This document shows positions 11,549 to 26,541 of a stretch of DNA of 64,000 nt, in pieces. The stretch comes from Octopus bimaculoides. Lineage: Eukaryota. The stretch's first letter is position 1, and every line of letters starts with the position of its first letter. The translations under genes were made by a program, and so were the position numbers. Location of the stretch: assembly GCF_001194135.2 (NCBI RefSeq), contig NC_068993.1, positions 14,563,548-14,627,547 of the forward strand. Reading direction: 5' to 3'. The notes beneath the pieces are model-generated. The model searched no databases and was not told the DNA's origin. It saw nothing but the letters and a program-made list of their open reading frames with translations.

Positions 11549-13339
11549 GTATGATTCACTAGAAAACTCGAATTCGAACCCACTTGGTAAATTAACACCC
11601 TTTCAACAATAACGCTCTCCATCCACCAATATAAACAACAGCAATCAAGCATCTACACAGACAGACAGACCGATAGATAGACAGATAGATAGGTAGCAAG
11701 ATAGATGGGTACCTAGACAGATATATTAGTTGAATTAAGAATTAATGTAAAAATGTTGTTACGTAAACAGATTCTATTTAAAATCAATCGAATTTCTGCG
11801 ATACATAATTAATTAAGCAAGGAAATATATTTAATTAATATATCATTCATGCCACAAACCGATTCATTTACACAGGTCGTTGTTAAAGCTATCTATATCT
11901 TCTCGTGCAATGCAATGCAATAACCCCCTTAACCAGCCTGACGTTACATTCTCCCTAGCTTATGGAGTTCTATCTATCCTGATGTTTGTGTTGAATTACG
12001 TACGTTTAAATAAAACTTGCTAATAGTTTATCTTCTAATTAATATCGGCATTCAAGACTTTACTTTGTAGTTACTAAATAACACAGGCTTGTACATCGGT
12101 TCATGCATCAAACACATCTGTTTCTCTTAACAAGGAGTAGTGAAGCACTATTAGAAAATTAATCTGGTGAATGCCGTAAAGAGATATGACGTGTCTAGTA
12201 GTTGATTCGTAATATATTTTTATATACTTGTTTTGTTTCGGTTATTTATCTATAATTTCTTTCTTAACATATCTAATTCCCTCGCTGTTTTTCTTTCATC
12301 CTTTCAATAATATCATATAGATGTGTTCTCCTTGAATTGTTTCATTTCTTTGATGCTTTATCTTCCTGTTATTGCTACTTTTGACGAAAGAATGTTGCAA
12401 TATGCTCCCTACATATATATATATATATATANNNNNNNNNNNNNNNNNNNNNNNNNNNNNNNNNNNNNNNNNNNNNNNNNNNNNNNNNNNNNNNNNNNNN
12501 NNNNNNNNNNNNNNNNNNNNNNNNNNNNNNNNNNNNNNNNNNNNNNNNNNNNNNNNNNNTATTTCTATGTATACACACACGCATATTACAAACACTGACA
12601 AACATACATTCAGATGTGTATATATAAAGAGAGAGAGAGATACGTACAGTCATATACATGTAGTGAGATAGATATGTTTGTGTGTGCATGGAGGGACGGT
12701 TTATAGATGATTCAGCGAGTTTGTGCGTTTGTGCGTTTTCAGTTGGACTTCCTCTGTTTCTAATTCTTATTCTTATTCTTCCTCCGTTTATTATTCTTAT
12801 AGAAGAAATAACTAAATTATATTCTGTTTAAATTTGCTTCAATCTAGCTACAACTTACTGGTATATACATATAATGAAACACACTCAAAAATGTCATACT
12901 GACTCATTTAAAAGCATATTTAGAAAAACATAAACTGGTGTGTAATTTGACATAATCAATTAATTTATTAAATTTTACTCCACGATGTAGCACTTAATTG
13001 AGCTATCTCATTTAGATAATCTCTATGGTGTACATGCCAATCAGATTGTGAGAAATCTCACTTAAACATGTATGACCAAAGTGAATATGAACATTAAAGT
13101 GTGCAATAATAGTCTTTAAATACATAGTGGACCCTCAGTTTAATTCCAAATGTCAAACAACATGTAAGCCTCATTAGCATTCATATCTCAGACAATTGGT
13201 AACAAAGGTAAGACACTCTCTTGTCTTGCTACATTTCATTTCTTTTGCTATTATTTGGTTTTCCAGCAGTAGCCTACTGTCTCCACATATATGCCTAGCC
13301 ATTTCTGTATGAATCCTGTGCAGAAACATCACCTATACT

Positions 13340-13438
13340 GCTTTAGTAGAAAACACTCGTCCAAGGTGCCACACAGTAAGACTGAACCCGGAACCATGTG
13401 TTTGGGAAGCAAACTTCATAACACTCAGCCACACCTGT
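13340..13438 (-). mobile_element. SINE family A, tRNA-like head fragment
   Basis: CCAAGGTGCCACACAG..ACTGAACCCGGAACCATGTG..CAGCCAC matches 55510-55590. Confidence 0.8.
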
Positions 13439-13889
13439 ATATTCTTTTCTGTAATTGCGTAGCCATGTAGATATAAAGCTATTAATAATAACAGGTCATT
13501 GTTGTGTTGAAAAATTATTTCTGATAGAAAATTTTAAAAGTGGTCCTCGGGAATTGAACCTACATCTCTTTTATACATGATGGGCGTTCTTTCGAATGTT
13601 TATAAATTCTTATTACGTCAACAGCATTCAATCCTCGCTGGTGAGCAAAAAGTCTCTGAAATACAAACAACATTTCGAAGGTTCGCTTTGGTAATGCCCA
13701 TTTCATATATCGAATATATATAGTTTCGAGTGTCACGGGCAGCCTTTAACTTTATCTACCGTAAAGTCTTTTACAGCCCAATATTTTCATGCTTATTCTT
13801 AATAATTATATATGCACGTCGAGATCCTATTTCTCGAGATCCACCAACTCCCGAATGCTTACGAATTTTTATGGTGTCATATATATATG

Positions 13890-13937
<48 letters not shown>

Positions 13938-15149
13938 TGCGTGTGTGTGTTTATGCATAAGTATGCGTGCATTAAAATTTCGAAGTAATACAGTGAGAGT
14001 GCCTTCCAAGTTTCGGCCTGCTAGTCTTCATCAGTGTCGCGGGAATAACAGGCTGAAACGTTTACGTCACTCTCAACCTTGTATAAGCTGTAAGTGGATG
14101 AACGTGTTCTCTACTAAAGAGTATTGAGTAATCTTCCAGTTTCATCTTAAAACGTATTAGCATTAACTTGACATAAAACAAACACAGACACACACAGACT
14201 GCATACTTTAGTAGGTCCAGGTATAACAACAGCTAGCTTATGTTTACATTTAAATACAAAGTCTATATCAAATTAGACTGTTCAGCTTGGTTTTCATATA
14301 CATTCTTCCATATATTCCAGGGTTACAATCGACATGTCGATCTATAAATGGAAACTTGTATGTGCATATTAATATTTATTGATCCGATCTAATGTAACTC
14401 GTTCAACTTCTCTGTCAACTTACAAATCTATCCTTTATTTATCTGATAAACGTTTCAATCAATCGATGAATTAATTAATATATTTCTTTATCTCGCGAAC
14501 AGGAAAGATGACTGTGATAGTATAAATCGCGTGACTAAATCCATTACAGTAATCATAACAAGATTCTATATTCGCGTTTGAGATTTCACCCTAGTGAGTC
14601 AAGGTTACATTTTATTTATTCGAATTAATTAAAATAAGTAATAGCTATATTCTGTTGTCGTTTAAAGTCCAACAGATATCCAGTGCATCACGCATAATAA
14701 TTTTCCCCGTGGGTATAATTGAAATTGGCTTTTCAAATCAACAAATACAATGTCAATATTACGGCGAGGCTGCTGCTAACTACTGACTGGCTTTTTCGTA
14801 AAATATTCTGCCTGACATAGCAACCAAATTCTCCAGAGATTACAAATTGTAATCTTTATAAAACCGGGAAATATAGTAGAAAAAATTTGTTGTGATTGAA
14901 GAAAATGAAGAGATGCTAATAACTGGTAGACTTCTGATAATGTCTTTTGTTTATCAAGGTTCACATAGTGCTAACAAATAAAAATAAAGAAAACAAAAAT
15001 AAATATATAAAAGAAGCACGTGCTTAATAACAATCACAATCATTAAGGCAATTTAGCAACATTTGGTCCGGTACAAATTGTATAGAATACCCATGATAGG
15101 CCTGCCGCACATAGACAGAATATTTTGGCACAAGGCCAAATATGACGGG

Positions 15150-15320
15150 GGTGAGAGTAAATCGATTTCATTAACCGTAATGCTCAACTGGTACGTATTT
15201 TATCAACACTGCAAGCATGGAAGGCTAAATCCACCTCAGCGAAATTTAATCTCAGATCGTAAAGAAGGCGAAAATGCCGCTCTGCATTTCGCCCAGCGTG
15301 TTAACGATACTGTTAGCTAG
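15150..15320 (-). mobile_element. SINE family B, degenerate
   Basis: Colinear similarity with 25760-25935 and 29340-29520 (ACTGGTAC..TTTATC..CCTCAGCGAAATTT). Confidence 0.6.
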
Positions 15321-15729
15321 GTTCCTTACGTTGGCTGAATATCACCAAGTAGTTTCCCTTTGAATGTGATGCATAGTACACTTTAAAATGTCTCCTTTAA
15401 AATGTCACTTTAAAATATGATTTTAGGTTAGTTCAAATGTGTTTGTGATATATTTTAATTTCTAAAGCAAAATCACGCAGTTTACCGAGAAGATAAAAAA
15501 TCCGCTCTCATGGTAAATGTAGCTGCTCGGTACCTCCCGTTAGTGTACACCTCGATTTGCTTCTAGTTTTCGTCGGATGGAAACACTGGAAAGATAACTC
15601 TGGGTATACTATAAAGCTCCAGGTTTATATAGGAACAATAAATATCACTGACTAGCGCGGCAGCGACTCTATTTGTTCTGGCCAAGCGGTCTGCAAGCGC
15701 AGGTCAGTCGCTAATATTGATTGTTCTAA

Positions 15730-15930
15730 GTGTGTGTCTGTGTTTGTTACGTGATCAGCGCTTGACAACTGATGTTGGTATGTTTACGTCCCCTTAACTT
15801 AGGGTTTCGGCAAAAACTACCGGTGGAATAAGTCGTAGGGGTCGACTTGTTCGACTAAATGCGGTGCTCCAGCACTGCCGCATTCAAAATGATTGAGACA
15901 GTTCAAAGAATAAAAGAAGTAAAAGAATAA
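15730..15930 (+). mobile_element. SINE family A, 3' half
   Basis: CGCTTGACAAC..TGTTTACGTCCC.TAACTTAG..GGTCGACTTGTTCGACTAAA.GCGGTGCTCCAGCA matches the 55137-55330 tail. Confidence 0.8.
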
Positions 15931-18390
15931 ATATGCATTATGGTCATTATGGAATGACTATTTATCTTCGAATTTTCTGAGGTCATTTTTCGAAATCTGC
16001 CATATGTTATTACTTTTGCTTACTGCATCAGTTGTAAATTACAGAAATGTTTTTTTTTTTTTTTTTTTTTTTTTTGCAAGTCAGAGTGAAATATGACATA
16101 TGAAGGAAAAATATACGAAGTATGAGAAAAATGGATTTTGTTTAAGGTCACTCAACCTACCTGAAATATAACAGGAAAATCTATCATAAATCACACCTCA
16201 ATTGCTAAATAATGGAGTGTATAGTCAAATGTTCGCATGACCACAGTTCAAAGAAGGGAAAAATTATATGAATGTGTGCATATGTATGTGCGTATATGAA
16301 TTTGAGAATTCAAGAATGTGTCTCAGAGCGTGCGTGAATACTACATATACATAGAGATATATACAATTATCGGAGGAGTTACATATATTTTTAATAACAG
16401 TTCCGCCGAAGTAACATATATTTAAATTCATATACAATACGTGATTGGTGTGTACATTACATTGTGGAAAACATGCTGTATCGTCTTACCTCGCTCTAAA
16501 ATCCTCTACATTTTAATATATTATCCATGATATCGTAAGCTGTCTTCGAGAAAAGTTTGAACTTGCGACATACGAATTGAAATAGTACTTGTCTCTCGTA
16601 TCTGTTATTAATTTGACAGATTGGGTCTTAATCAATGAAACCTGAGTCTTCTTATGTTCTGGAAGACATATGTCTACATCTTCTAAAGATGTTTAATATA
16701 GAAAAAAAGATCCAGTATGGAAAGGAAACAAATGTCGACACAAATAAGCATAAACACGTGCGATTTGTATGAAATAAATGGGGTCAATAATATGAATGGA
16801 TTTAAATGCGATCTACTAAAAAATATACATCAGTATATGCGTGGGGGTGGGGAGGAGTGTATATATGTAATGTATGTATATATATATATATCTATCTATT
16901 ATATTTCTCTCTCTCTATATATATATACATATNNNNNNNNNNNNNNNNNNNNNNNNNNNNNNNNNNNNNNNNNNNNNNNNNNNNNNNNNNNNNNNNNNNN
17001 NNNNNNNNNNNNNNNNNNNNNNNNNNNNNNNNNNNNNNNNNNNNNNNNNNNNNNNNNNNNNNNNNNNNNNNNNNNNNNNNNNNNNNNNNNNNNNNNNNNN
17101 NNNNNNNNNNNNNNNNNNNNNNNNNNNNNNNNNATATATATATATATATATATATAAAAATACATATACATGTACAGATACACATCTAAAGCGCACGACC
17201 ACACACACACGTGTGTGTGTGTGTAAAGAAACTTCCCGTTTCCCTGTTTTAAACAGCCCACCCGTAAGAATATATGCTTTTGAGAACTTATGAAATTAGA
17301 AAGAGTGATGATAATAGTTATTTGCTGAGATTTGATATGCAGAAAAAAAAAGTATGATATTATTTTTTTTTCAATTATTATTTTACTTTAGTTTAGTTTT
17401 CGATTTTATGAATTAATTTCTTGTGAATCTGAAAGATAAAACGCCCGAATACATCCGCTTGTAAATGATGCTGAAGTTGAAGGTGGAAATAAAGTACAAC
17501 CTGCCACTTTCTGTTATTTCTTTTTTTTTTTCTTTTTCACACTCACAGTCTTTCTCTTTTACCACACCTCCTTCACTCACTCTCTCTTAATATACATGTG
17601 TATAGAAGTTTTCATATACATCTGCTTCTGCATAGATGTGTATCTTTATCTATAGATGATTATATTTCAGGAAATTATAGATATGTCAAGCCATATTTTT
17701 TTGGCCCAGCAAAAATTTTTAACTGACACATACTTTATTTATTGTTACTTCATTTCCGCAATAAGTGGCTGGTTAAGTTGACTATTCTAACTGCATGAAA
17801 TATGGAAGTATATGCGAAACGCACATCTACTTACACACAATCGTACTTACTTACAAATACACACGTTTCTTAGATCTTAAAATATTAACCGAATTATTAA
17901 TCAAGACTTACTTTTGAATGATAAATGTATTATCAGATACATTATTAAAATACGAAATTCATCTTCTAATTATTTCGCGAGTACAAAAATATGAGTGTTG
18001 GCTAGTGATACACGTACTAAGTAACAAAAAAGATCAGTAGTTTCTGATAGAGATATAGAAAGATAGACCTACCCATATGGATGTGTGAGTATATGTGAAC
18101 ATATTCAAGCTTGTGTGAAAATGTGCACAAAACACACAAACATATATATAAATGCATATGTGCATATATGTATATATGTATCTACAAATGTATGTATGTA
18201 GGCATGTATGCATGTCTGCTGATGCAAACAAGATATATAGAACTTAAAATATGACTATATGCATATTTTTATTAATATTTAGCAGAAGCAACAGTGACTA
18301 AATGACGAAATCCCCAAATTCTCGGCTGTTGAGTCATTCTATTGGTTTTGCTAAATATTAAAATACGTATATATACGTTTATATATGCAC

Positions 18391-18422
<32 letters not shown>

Positions 18423-18765
18423 ATATGTATATGTATATATATANNNNNNNNNNNNNNNNNNNNNNNNNNNNNNNNNNNNNNNNNNNNNNNNNNNNNNNNN
18501 NNNNNNNNNNNNNNNNNNNNNNNNNNNNNNNNNNNNNNNNNNNNNNNNNNNNNNNNNNNNNNNNNNNNNNNNNNNNNNNNNNNNNNNNNNNNNNNNNNNN
18601 NNNNNNNNNNNNNNNNNNNNNNNNNNNNNNNNNNNNNNNNNNNNNNNNNNNNNNNNNNNNNNNNNNNNNNNNNNNNNNNNNNNNNNNNNNNNNNNNNNNN
18701 NNNNNNNNNNNNNNNNNNNNNNNNNNNNNNNNNNNNNNNNNNNNNNNNNNNNNNNNNNNNNNNNN

Positions 18766-18802
<37 letters not shown>

Positions 18803-20838
18803 TATGTGTGTGTACATAGTATACTCTCACATGTATACGCACACATATATACAAACATGTATAAAATATCTATATATGTGAGAGTGAGTGTGTGTGTGTG
18901 TGTTTGTGATTGCCTCTGTGTGTGTATCGGTGTATGCGAGTGTTTGCAAGGGTTGTAATCTCTGGATTAATGTGCCTGATTTTCGAATTTGCATTCGTGT
19001 ATACCTTTTTGACCACCCTATCGGCAGCTGTGTCATTGCCGGAGAGTCACCTCAAAACGAGCGTGGATATTTAAGGAAACTTAGAAATCTAGTAGAACAA
19101 AAGTTGACACTCATCAAAATGACAGATGAATTCAGTATATGAACACCAGCAGGTTACCAATACCACTCCACAACATAGTAGCATGCACGTTGTTGAAAGA
19201 GAAGACTTTAGATCGTTTTGGGAGTCATGGACTATATTACTCGTCTGAAAATCTACTAAGAAATGGGGAGAGCGAGCAGGTGACCTGCAGTAGTGGCAAG
19301 CATTCACTAGTCCATCACTACTTTCTGCAAGAATCCTTCAAGACAAAGACTAAGTTAATTGAATGTAAAACAAACCAAAGAAATTCGTTGTAGCATTTAT
19401 GTTAAAGAATGTTTAATCAAATTGTAGTTTCCAAATTTCACTGGCGGAAGGAGAAGATACTCCATATCTACGTTACGAGAAGAAGATCCTTCATACTGAA
19501 GGTTGTAGTAGTCGGAAAATCTACACCTAAAACTCCACAATTAAGCATCTGTATACAAGTATCTTTTCCAGTATGAAACTGTATCTTAAATCTTAGAGAA
19601 ACAAAAAATTCCACACTTGACGGACATGAATGTCATCTTCGATGTAAAAAAAAGAGCCATGTTCACACAATCTATATATTCTGTGTGTACGCGTATGTGT
19701 ATGTGTGGGTATTTGTGTGTGTATGCGTGTATATGTGTGTGTGAGTGTCTGTGTTTGTTTGTGCGTGCGTGTATGCATGTTTATGTATTTTGTATTTGTG
19801 TGCATGTGTACAGGTTTCTATAAGTATTTTCTCCATCATTTCCGTTGTTTATGAATTATATATAAAATGAAATGAAATCAAATACCGGTCGTGGCGCCTA
19901 GTATATTTGCAATCGGTTGGCTGAAGCTATCATTTCATACAAAGTATGAGTTCTTTACAGCTATTACATAACTTATTATTAATTTGGTATAGATTGTATA
20001 ATCTGTCTTATGTAATTAATCACCCGACATTCATTCTGTTTTGCAACAGCTATGATTATGTAGTTCAAAGGTTGGTAAAAACTTTAACGCTGCTGCTAAG
20101 AGACACTCATGTTAATACATACGATGAACAATATGTATCTTTAATTCTACATATGCATAGATATATGCAACTTATATTAATGTTATGGCCTCAAGGCTTA
20201 AAACGTTTCCACCATATTTGTTTTGGAGACATTATCAACGAGGTCTTTTTTAAATGTGAATGCGAGCGGAGTTTCGCCTTCGGGCGTGAAATTCAACACT
20301 CTGTTTTATTTAGATTCAGTGTTGGTAGAGTTTGTAGTTAATTTAACAGCAAGCTCTCGGATATTTCAACGTGCATCGTTTTTTATTGCCATCCCTACTG
20401 AAATAACATTCAGCTATAGAGTTTATACCATAGGAAAAATATCACATACTAAATAAAGTTTATTGTATATTTTGGCTTCGGACTGCAACGAAACGCCTCT
20501 AAAAAAATTATATGTGTGTTCGTCCACATAAGAGATTTCAGGTTAACTCTCGACCAGCAATAAACAAAAACAGCAGAATTATCGCGGATAACACACAAAT
20601 GTTAGCAAATAGTAAGTGCACATTCGATAACATTGTTCAAGATAGAGAAGGGGCCGAATTGTTACGATTGGAAAGGTTTGAAGTTAAGTGTGTCTTTTTT
20701 AAATGACGTCTCTCCTGTTGCTAAAGAATGACAATAATTTGTGTTCAAATGAGATATATATGTGTATGTTTCTTTATGCGTGTATTTATATTTAGATAGA
20801 TAGATAGATAGATAGATAAATACATAAAGAGATGAATG

Positions 20839-20882
<44 letters not shown>

Positions 20883-20891
20883 TATAGATAT

Positions 20892-20938
<47 letters not shown>

Positions 20939-21719
20939 TGTATCTATGTACGCATATATATATATATATATACACGCACACATATAGATACAAATATGTG
21001 TGTGTGAGCGTCAACATGTGATTGCGAGTGTAGGGAGTGCATGTTGTCTTTGTGTGAGTGTGTTTGATGTCCCGTTAAATATCTTCAACGAAAGTGGCAT
21101 GTCTGTTATAATTTTCTAATTAAAAATATTGTATGAGTCACTGAAACACATACGAGTAGATTAGAACCTCACAACCACGCTTCTCTAAGACAGTGAACCC
21201 CAGTCTGCATCGACTAAACCCGCTGATATATTCATTTATTTTCAACATTAGTTTCGTATAAAACTTGCCCTTCTTCATACTGATAAGAAAGAAAAGAACT
21301 CAAAGGACCGTGATCCAGTGTACAAAGGGGCACTCATCTCACATGTCACTGGGATTTGTGTAAAACCCTGCTGGTTCTTATTCAATGAGTCATCAATTCA
21401 CAAGGTGGTTGAAGGATGAACTTAATTATACGTGAATAGCGTGAAATTAACATGCTATAATATGGAAAGCGAATACGTCACAGCATCGATTTTATGCTTT
21501 CCATGCGAAGAATCATCCTATCTTACGCTTTTACCCCAAATGATTCTCAACACACGACTACATTTAAACGAAAATCCTTAAAACGAGAGAAAAAACAGAA
21601 AGATATGTTATGTGCAACCTTCGAATTTCATATATGTACACTGATACCTTTATGCGTTATAGGTGCATGTGGGATGCGTTTCAGAAACACATATACGCAT
21701 ACTCATACACATACACAAG

Positions 21720-21757
<38 letters not shown>

Positions 21758-24700
21758 CATGTGTGTGTGTGTGTGTGTATATATTGATATATAAAAGATA
21801 TATGTATATATATATTTATATATATATATATATATATACATATATATATNNNNNNNNNNNNNNNNNNNNNNNNNNNNNNNNNNNNNNNNNNNNNNNNNNN
21901 NNNNNNNNNNNNNNNNNNNNNNNNNNNNNNNNNNNNNNNNNNNNNNNNNNNNNNNNNNNNNNNNNNNNNNNNNNNNNNNNNNNNNNNNNNNNNNNNNNNN
22001 NNNNNNNNNNNNNNNNNNNNNNNNNNNNNNNNNNNNNNNNNNNNNNNNNNNNNNNNNNNNNNNNNNNNNNNNNNNNNNNNNNNNNNNNNNNNNNNNNNNN
22101 NNNNNNNNNNNNNNNNNNNNNNNNNNNNNNNNNNNNNNNNNNNNNNNNNNNNNNNNNNNNNNNNNNNNNNNNNNNNNNNNNNNNNNNNNNNNNNNNNNNN
22201 NNNNNNNNNNNNNNNNNNNNNNNNNNNNNNNNNNNNNNNNNNNNNNNNNNNNNNNNNNNNNNNNNNNNNNNNNNNNNNNNNNNNNNNNNNNNNNNNNNNN
22301 NNNNNNNNNNNNNNNNNNNNNNNNNNNNNNNNNNNNNNNNNNNNNNNNNNNNNNNNNNNNNNNNNNNNNNNNNNNNNNNNNNNNNNNNNNNNNNNNNNNN
22401 NNNNNNNNNNNNNNNNNNNNNNNNNNNNNNNNNNNNNNNNNNNNNNNNNNNNNNNNNNNNNNNNNNNNNNNNNNNNNNNNNNNNNNNNNNNNNNNNNNNN
22501 NNNNNNNNNNNNNNNNNNNNNNNNNNNNNNNNNNNNNNNNNNNNNNNNNNNNNNNNNNNNNNNNNNNNNNNNNNNNNNNNNNNNNNNNNNNNNNNNNNNN
22601 NNNNNNNNNNNNNNNNNNNNNNNNNNNNNNNTATATAGGGAGAGAGAGAAGCACAGAGAGAGAGAGAGAGAGATAGAGAGAGAGAAAGAGAGGGAGAAAG
22701 ATAGAGAGAAAGAGGGAGAGAAAGAGAGATAAAGGGGGCAGAAATAGCATTGAGAAGGAAGAGGATGTCTATATATCTTTGACAATATTTTGAAAATCTT
22801 CTACACAAGATACACTCACAGCTTTATACCTATTATTATTATTATTGAAACAACAGGATACGATCTAAACGCGCCTCTATAATTCGGGAGAGAGGGAGAG
22901 AGAGAGAGAGAGAGAAACAGAGTGATGGTGGGGGTGCAATCCTTAGTTCACACGCTATGACGTAATCTGCTACAATGAATATCAGTAAGACCTTTTTTAA
23001 GAATGATGGGAAAGAGCTAATGGTTTCCTTAACATCCTTAGAAGAAAATAGGAGACCGGTCAATATTAACCAAAGCTTCAAAAGAGAAACGGAACATAAC
23101 TGCACACACACACACACACACACACACGTATATCACATCATATATAATATCGCTATAATCATATATGCTGTAAAGGGTGTGGTTACACTCTGCTTCGCTT
23201 TGCAGAAATCACTAAAGTGGTTAATATGAATTAGCAGAGAGGGTTATATGTCGTAATGTAAAGATTTAGTGCTTTTAGTTAATTATATAACATGGTTTTA
23301 GTCTAGCATTCTGGAACGTACAATGAAAGAACCAATATTGGTGTGAATAGTTCTTTGAATAACCAAAGTGCGTGTTACTTTATCGAGCACCAGACCACTG
23401 GAACTAAAGGTAAACAGAAGTTACATCTAAAATATGTACATACACAAATATGGAATACATTCTGATACACATGTGTGTGTGTCTGTGTGTATTTGTATGC
23501 GTGTGTTGCTGTATGAAAAGTGTTGTACATATTTCCATCATGAAATGCTGATTGCCAAATTGTACCAACTCCCACAGTATGTGTTCTGCAAAATGTGAAT
23601 CTGCTTTACTCGAAAACGACTGTTGAAAAAAATATCAATAAAAAGAAATATTTCTATTAATATGTGAACGTCATTTTTTTTTTTGTTATATGAATCGCAG
23701 TATACATAAATTTCAATATAGTAATTTTAACACTAAAGATCTGTCTTGAAGTAAAAGATAAAATGAAAATACTTGCAATAATTATTGTCACAGATTAATA
23801 ATTTCATTGAACATTTAAACTTACCCGACGCTTATTTGTATTTTTCTGTTACTCTTTACGAAATACACACACGTATACATCTCCATATGTGAGGAAGTGG
23901 TGAGTGATGTATGTGAGATTTAACATTTTACAGGATGAAATCTCTGAAATCAAGGATGTCTCTGAAAGTCTTAGGAATGGCAGAAGCATCCCAAATTAAC
24001 AATTCTGTATTTGTTCTTCCTGTTAAAATTCGTTCTTCAGCATTTAAATCCTGTTTTCTCCTACTTGGCTGTTACTTATAATCCACTATCTCCATTAGTA
24101 GGACCACCGACTGCATCTCGGAGTTTTGAAGAGTGGATATTCTGTTGCACGCATTTGGTGTATGTCTCGGGTGCGAGGATACATTTCTGAACCAACCTCA
24201 GATAGCCTGAAATGTATGATAGTCACTGGCCTTCTTTTCTGATAGAATGATTAAAATACATTCATGCTTATATACAAACGACACATACATACACACGTAC
24301 AAACACAAGTACACACACAGACACACGAAAACACACACAGAGAAAGACACCCACACTAAGAGATGTTCACCCAGCGAAAATTATATAATTTTTATGTGCT
24401 TCTCTATATGCATGTTTTGGTAATGTATGGAAGACTAAATTTATAAAGATGTGCTTATTTAAATTTTACTCTTCTATGTTATCAAGTTTTTGTTAGCCAG
24501 AGAGAATCGAGTTCTTGTTTCTTTGCGTCTAGGGAGAACATGTATGTCTATAAATTACTCAAAGAAATTCCAACTTTGTCAGATTTTCACGATTTATTTA
24601 CAATCTTATAAATAACATAATATAATATAATATAATATAATGAATTGGTAGAATGTTAAATGCTAATTCTGATTGAACTAGTACTTTCCTGCCACCACGA

Positions 24701-25169
24701 TCACAACCACCAACACCACCAACAATAACAACAACAGCGACAATAGTAAAAAAGATGATAATAATGCAACAAATACTGCTTTGGTCAGAGTCAAAATAGA
24801 GGTCTCTTGACAAGTTCAACAAACCGTGACGCCTAAATCAAACACTAACCAACTTAAATAATTTAGTAAAATCACACATTGATTGGTCAAAATCAGTTTA
24901 CAAAAATTAAGATTCTGAAACCTATAAAAATGTATTTAAGGCACAGAATTTAGTCATCTAACTACAGTTGTAAATTGTAAACTGTCACTACTACTACATG
25001 AACCTGAAGATTGCATAGTTTAATGCATGGAAGTATTAGTTCAATCAGAATGAACAGTTAATAGTCCATTTCATTATATTATAATATAATTATATTATTA
25101 TATCTAATATATTATTATAAGACTGTAAATAAAACGTGAAACTCAGACAAGGTTGAAATTTCTATACAC

Positions 25170-25222
<53 letters not shown>

Positions 25223-25759
25223 TTTATATACAAATATATGTGTATATATGTATATACATGTACATTTACATAGACATGTATGTGTATACATATATTTACA
25301 CATTTACGCACACACGTATATATATTATAGAGTGAGAGAGAATGAGAGAGAAAGAATGACAGACAGAAGGAGTGAGAGAATTATAGATATAGATATATTA
25401 TTCTTTAACAAGAATTGTTTTGTCAGTAATTTCGAAGTTTCGATCTGTTTAGCCTTCTTCGGTCTATCCGACTGCTATTGTTAAAATATAAAACTTATGT
25501 ACTTCACGATGAGTATAGAGTAATTCTTCAATTTAATGGAAGAATTGTTCCTGTTTTATTATAACGATTACAGCGTGGAAGACACAAGTTAACCATTCAG
25601 AAACCCACAAAGATGATGTCATATTTGCCGTCGCTCGAAACTCCGACCTTGTCACTGACATTAATGAAATGTTTATGTTTGGAATAAGTTGTAATTTTTC
25701 GAAGTGGCACATAAATGCTCTAAATAATGGTTCCAAATTTCGCCACAAGGGCAGGAATT

Positions 25760-25935
25760 TTTGCCGACGGGATGAATTAATTACTTCGTCTCCAAATGCT
25801 CAATTGGTACTTATTTTATTGACCTTGAAAGGATAAACGGTAAAGTCGAACTTGCAGAATTTGAACTCAAAACGTAGCGACAGGCGAAACGCCGCTAACA
25901 TCTTATCCGGTGCGCTAAAGATTCTGCCACCTCGC
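25760..25935 (-). mobile_element. SINE family B, near-complete
   Basis: The minus strand begins GAGGTGGCAGAATCTTTAGC (A-box-like) and contains GAGTTCAAATTC (B-box-like), followed by the shared body. Confidence 0.75.
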
Positions 25936-26074
25936 TAAATTAAATGCTTTAAATATAGCATGTATGTATTGGGTTGTATCTGAAGCCAAACTTCTGTGAT
26001 TCTCTATCCAAGAAGGATTCTTCTGCCTATTTACTAACTTTTTTAATAGTATTTGTTTGATGATTTATCCATCT

Positions 26075-26230
26075 TCACGTTATGAGTTCAAATTCTATTG
26101 AGGCGTCTTTGCCCTTCATCCATACAAGATTGATGACAAGTCTCACTTAAGTACTAGGAGAAGATATAATTGTAAAAAAATGCCACTCCTGCATATATTC
26201 GAGCCTCACCATGTATGGGCTTCGAAACCT
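26075..26230 (+). mobile_element. SINE family B, degenerate
   Basis: GAGTTCAAATTC..CTTTGCCCTTCATCC matches the family B core. Confidence 0.55.
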
Positions 26231-26440
26231 TGTTCTAAAAAGGAATTCTTTATGTTATCTCGAAAGTTTATAAATTCTTATGACATCAAAAATAATAATT
26301 TTTATCAAAACGAACTTCATTGCTAGAGTTAGAATAAATAAATAAATTGCTGACGCGTCGACATGTTCTTTTTTTAAACTTTTAATTACTACAATAAAAT
26401 ACTATAAAATTCTCTTAACGCATCGTTAACATACGTACGG

Positions 26441-26510
26441 ACACACACTCACACAAACACACACACTCACACAAACAAACACACTCACACAAACACACAC
26501 ACTCATAACA

Positions 26511-26512
<2 letters not shown>
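26441..26512. repeat. 18-bp minisatellite, 4 units (ACACACACTCACACAAAC)
   Basis: Units start at 26441, 26459, 26477 and 26495. The first two are identical and the last two carry substitutions. Confidence 0.9.

Positions 26513-26541
<29 letters not shown>

Noticed and set aside
15641-15718. Imperfect hairpin (ACTGAC..GCGC / GCGC..GTCAGT)
   Set aside because: The arms are short and gapped, with no target-site duplication or second copy, so it is not distinguishable from chance.
18960-19500. Coding-like stretch (ORFs 18888..19142 and 19139..19393), possibly a LINE endonuclease remnant
   Set aside because: Only a faint WT[IL] resemblance, with no ordered motif series.
19946-20456. Overlapping ORFs of 131 and 77 aa
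   Set aside because: No recognisable domain and no usable splice sites, with stops immediately upstream in frame.
23826-24206. GC-richer island with splice-like signals on both strands
   Set aside because: Each exon model I tried hits an in-frame stop and none resembles a known protein. A non-coding exon cannot be excluded.
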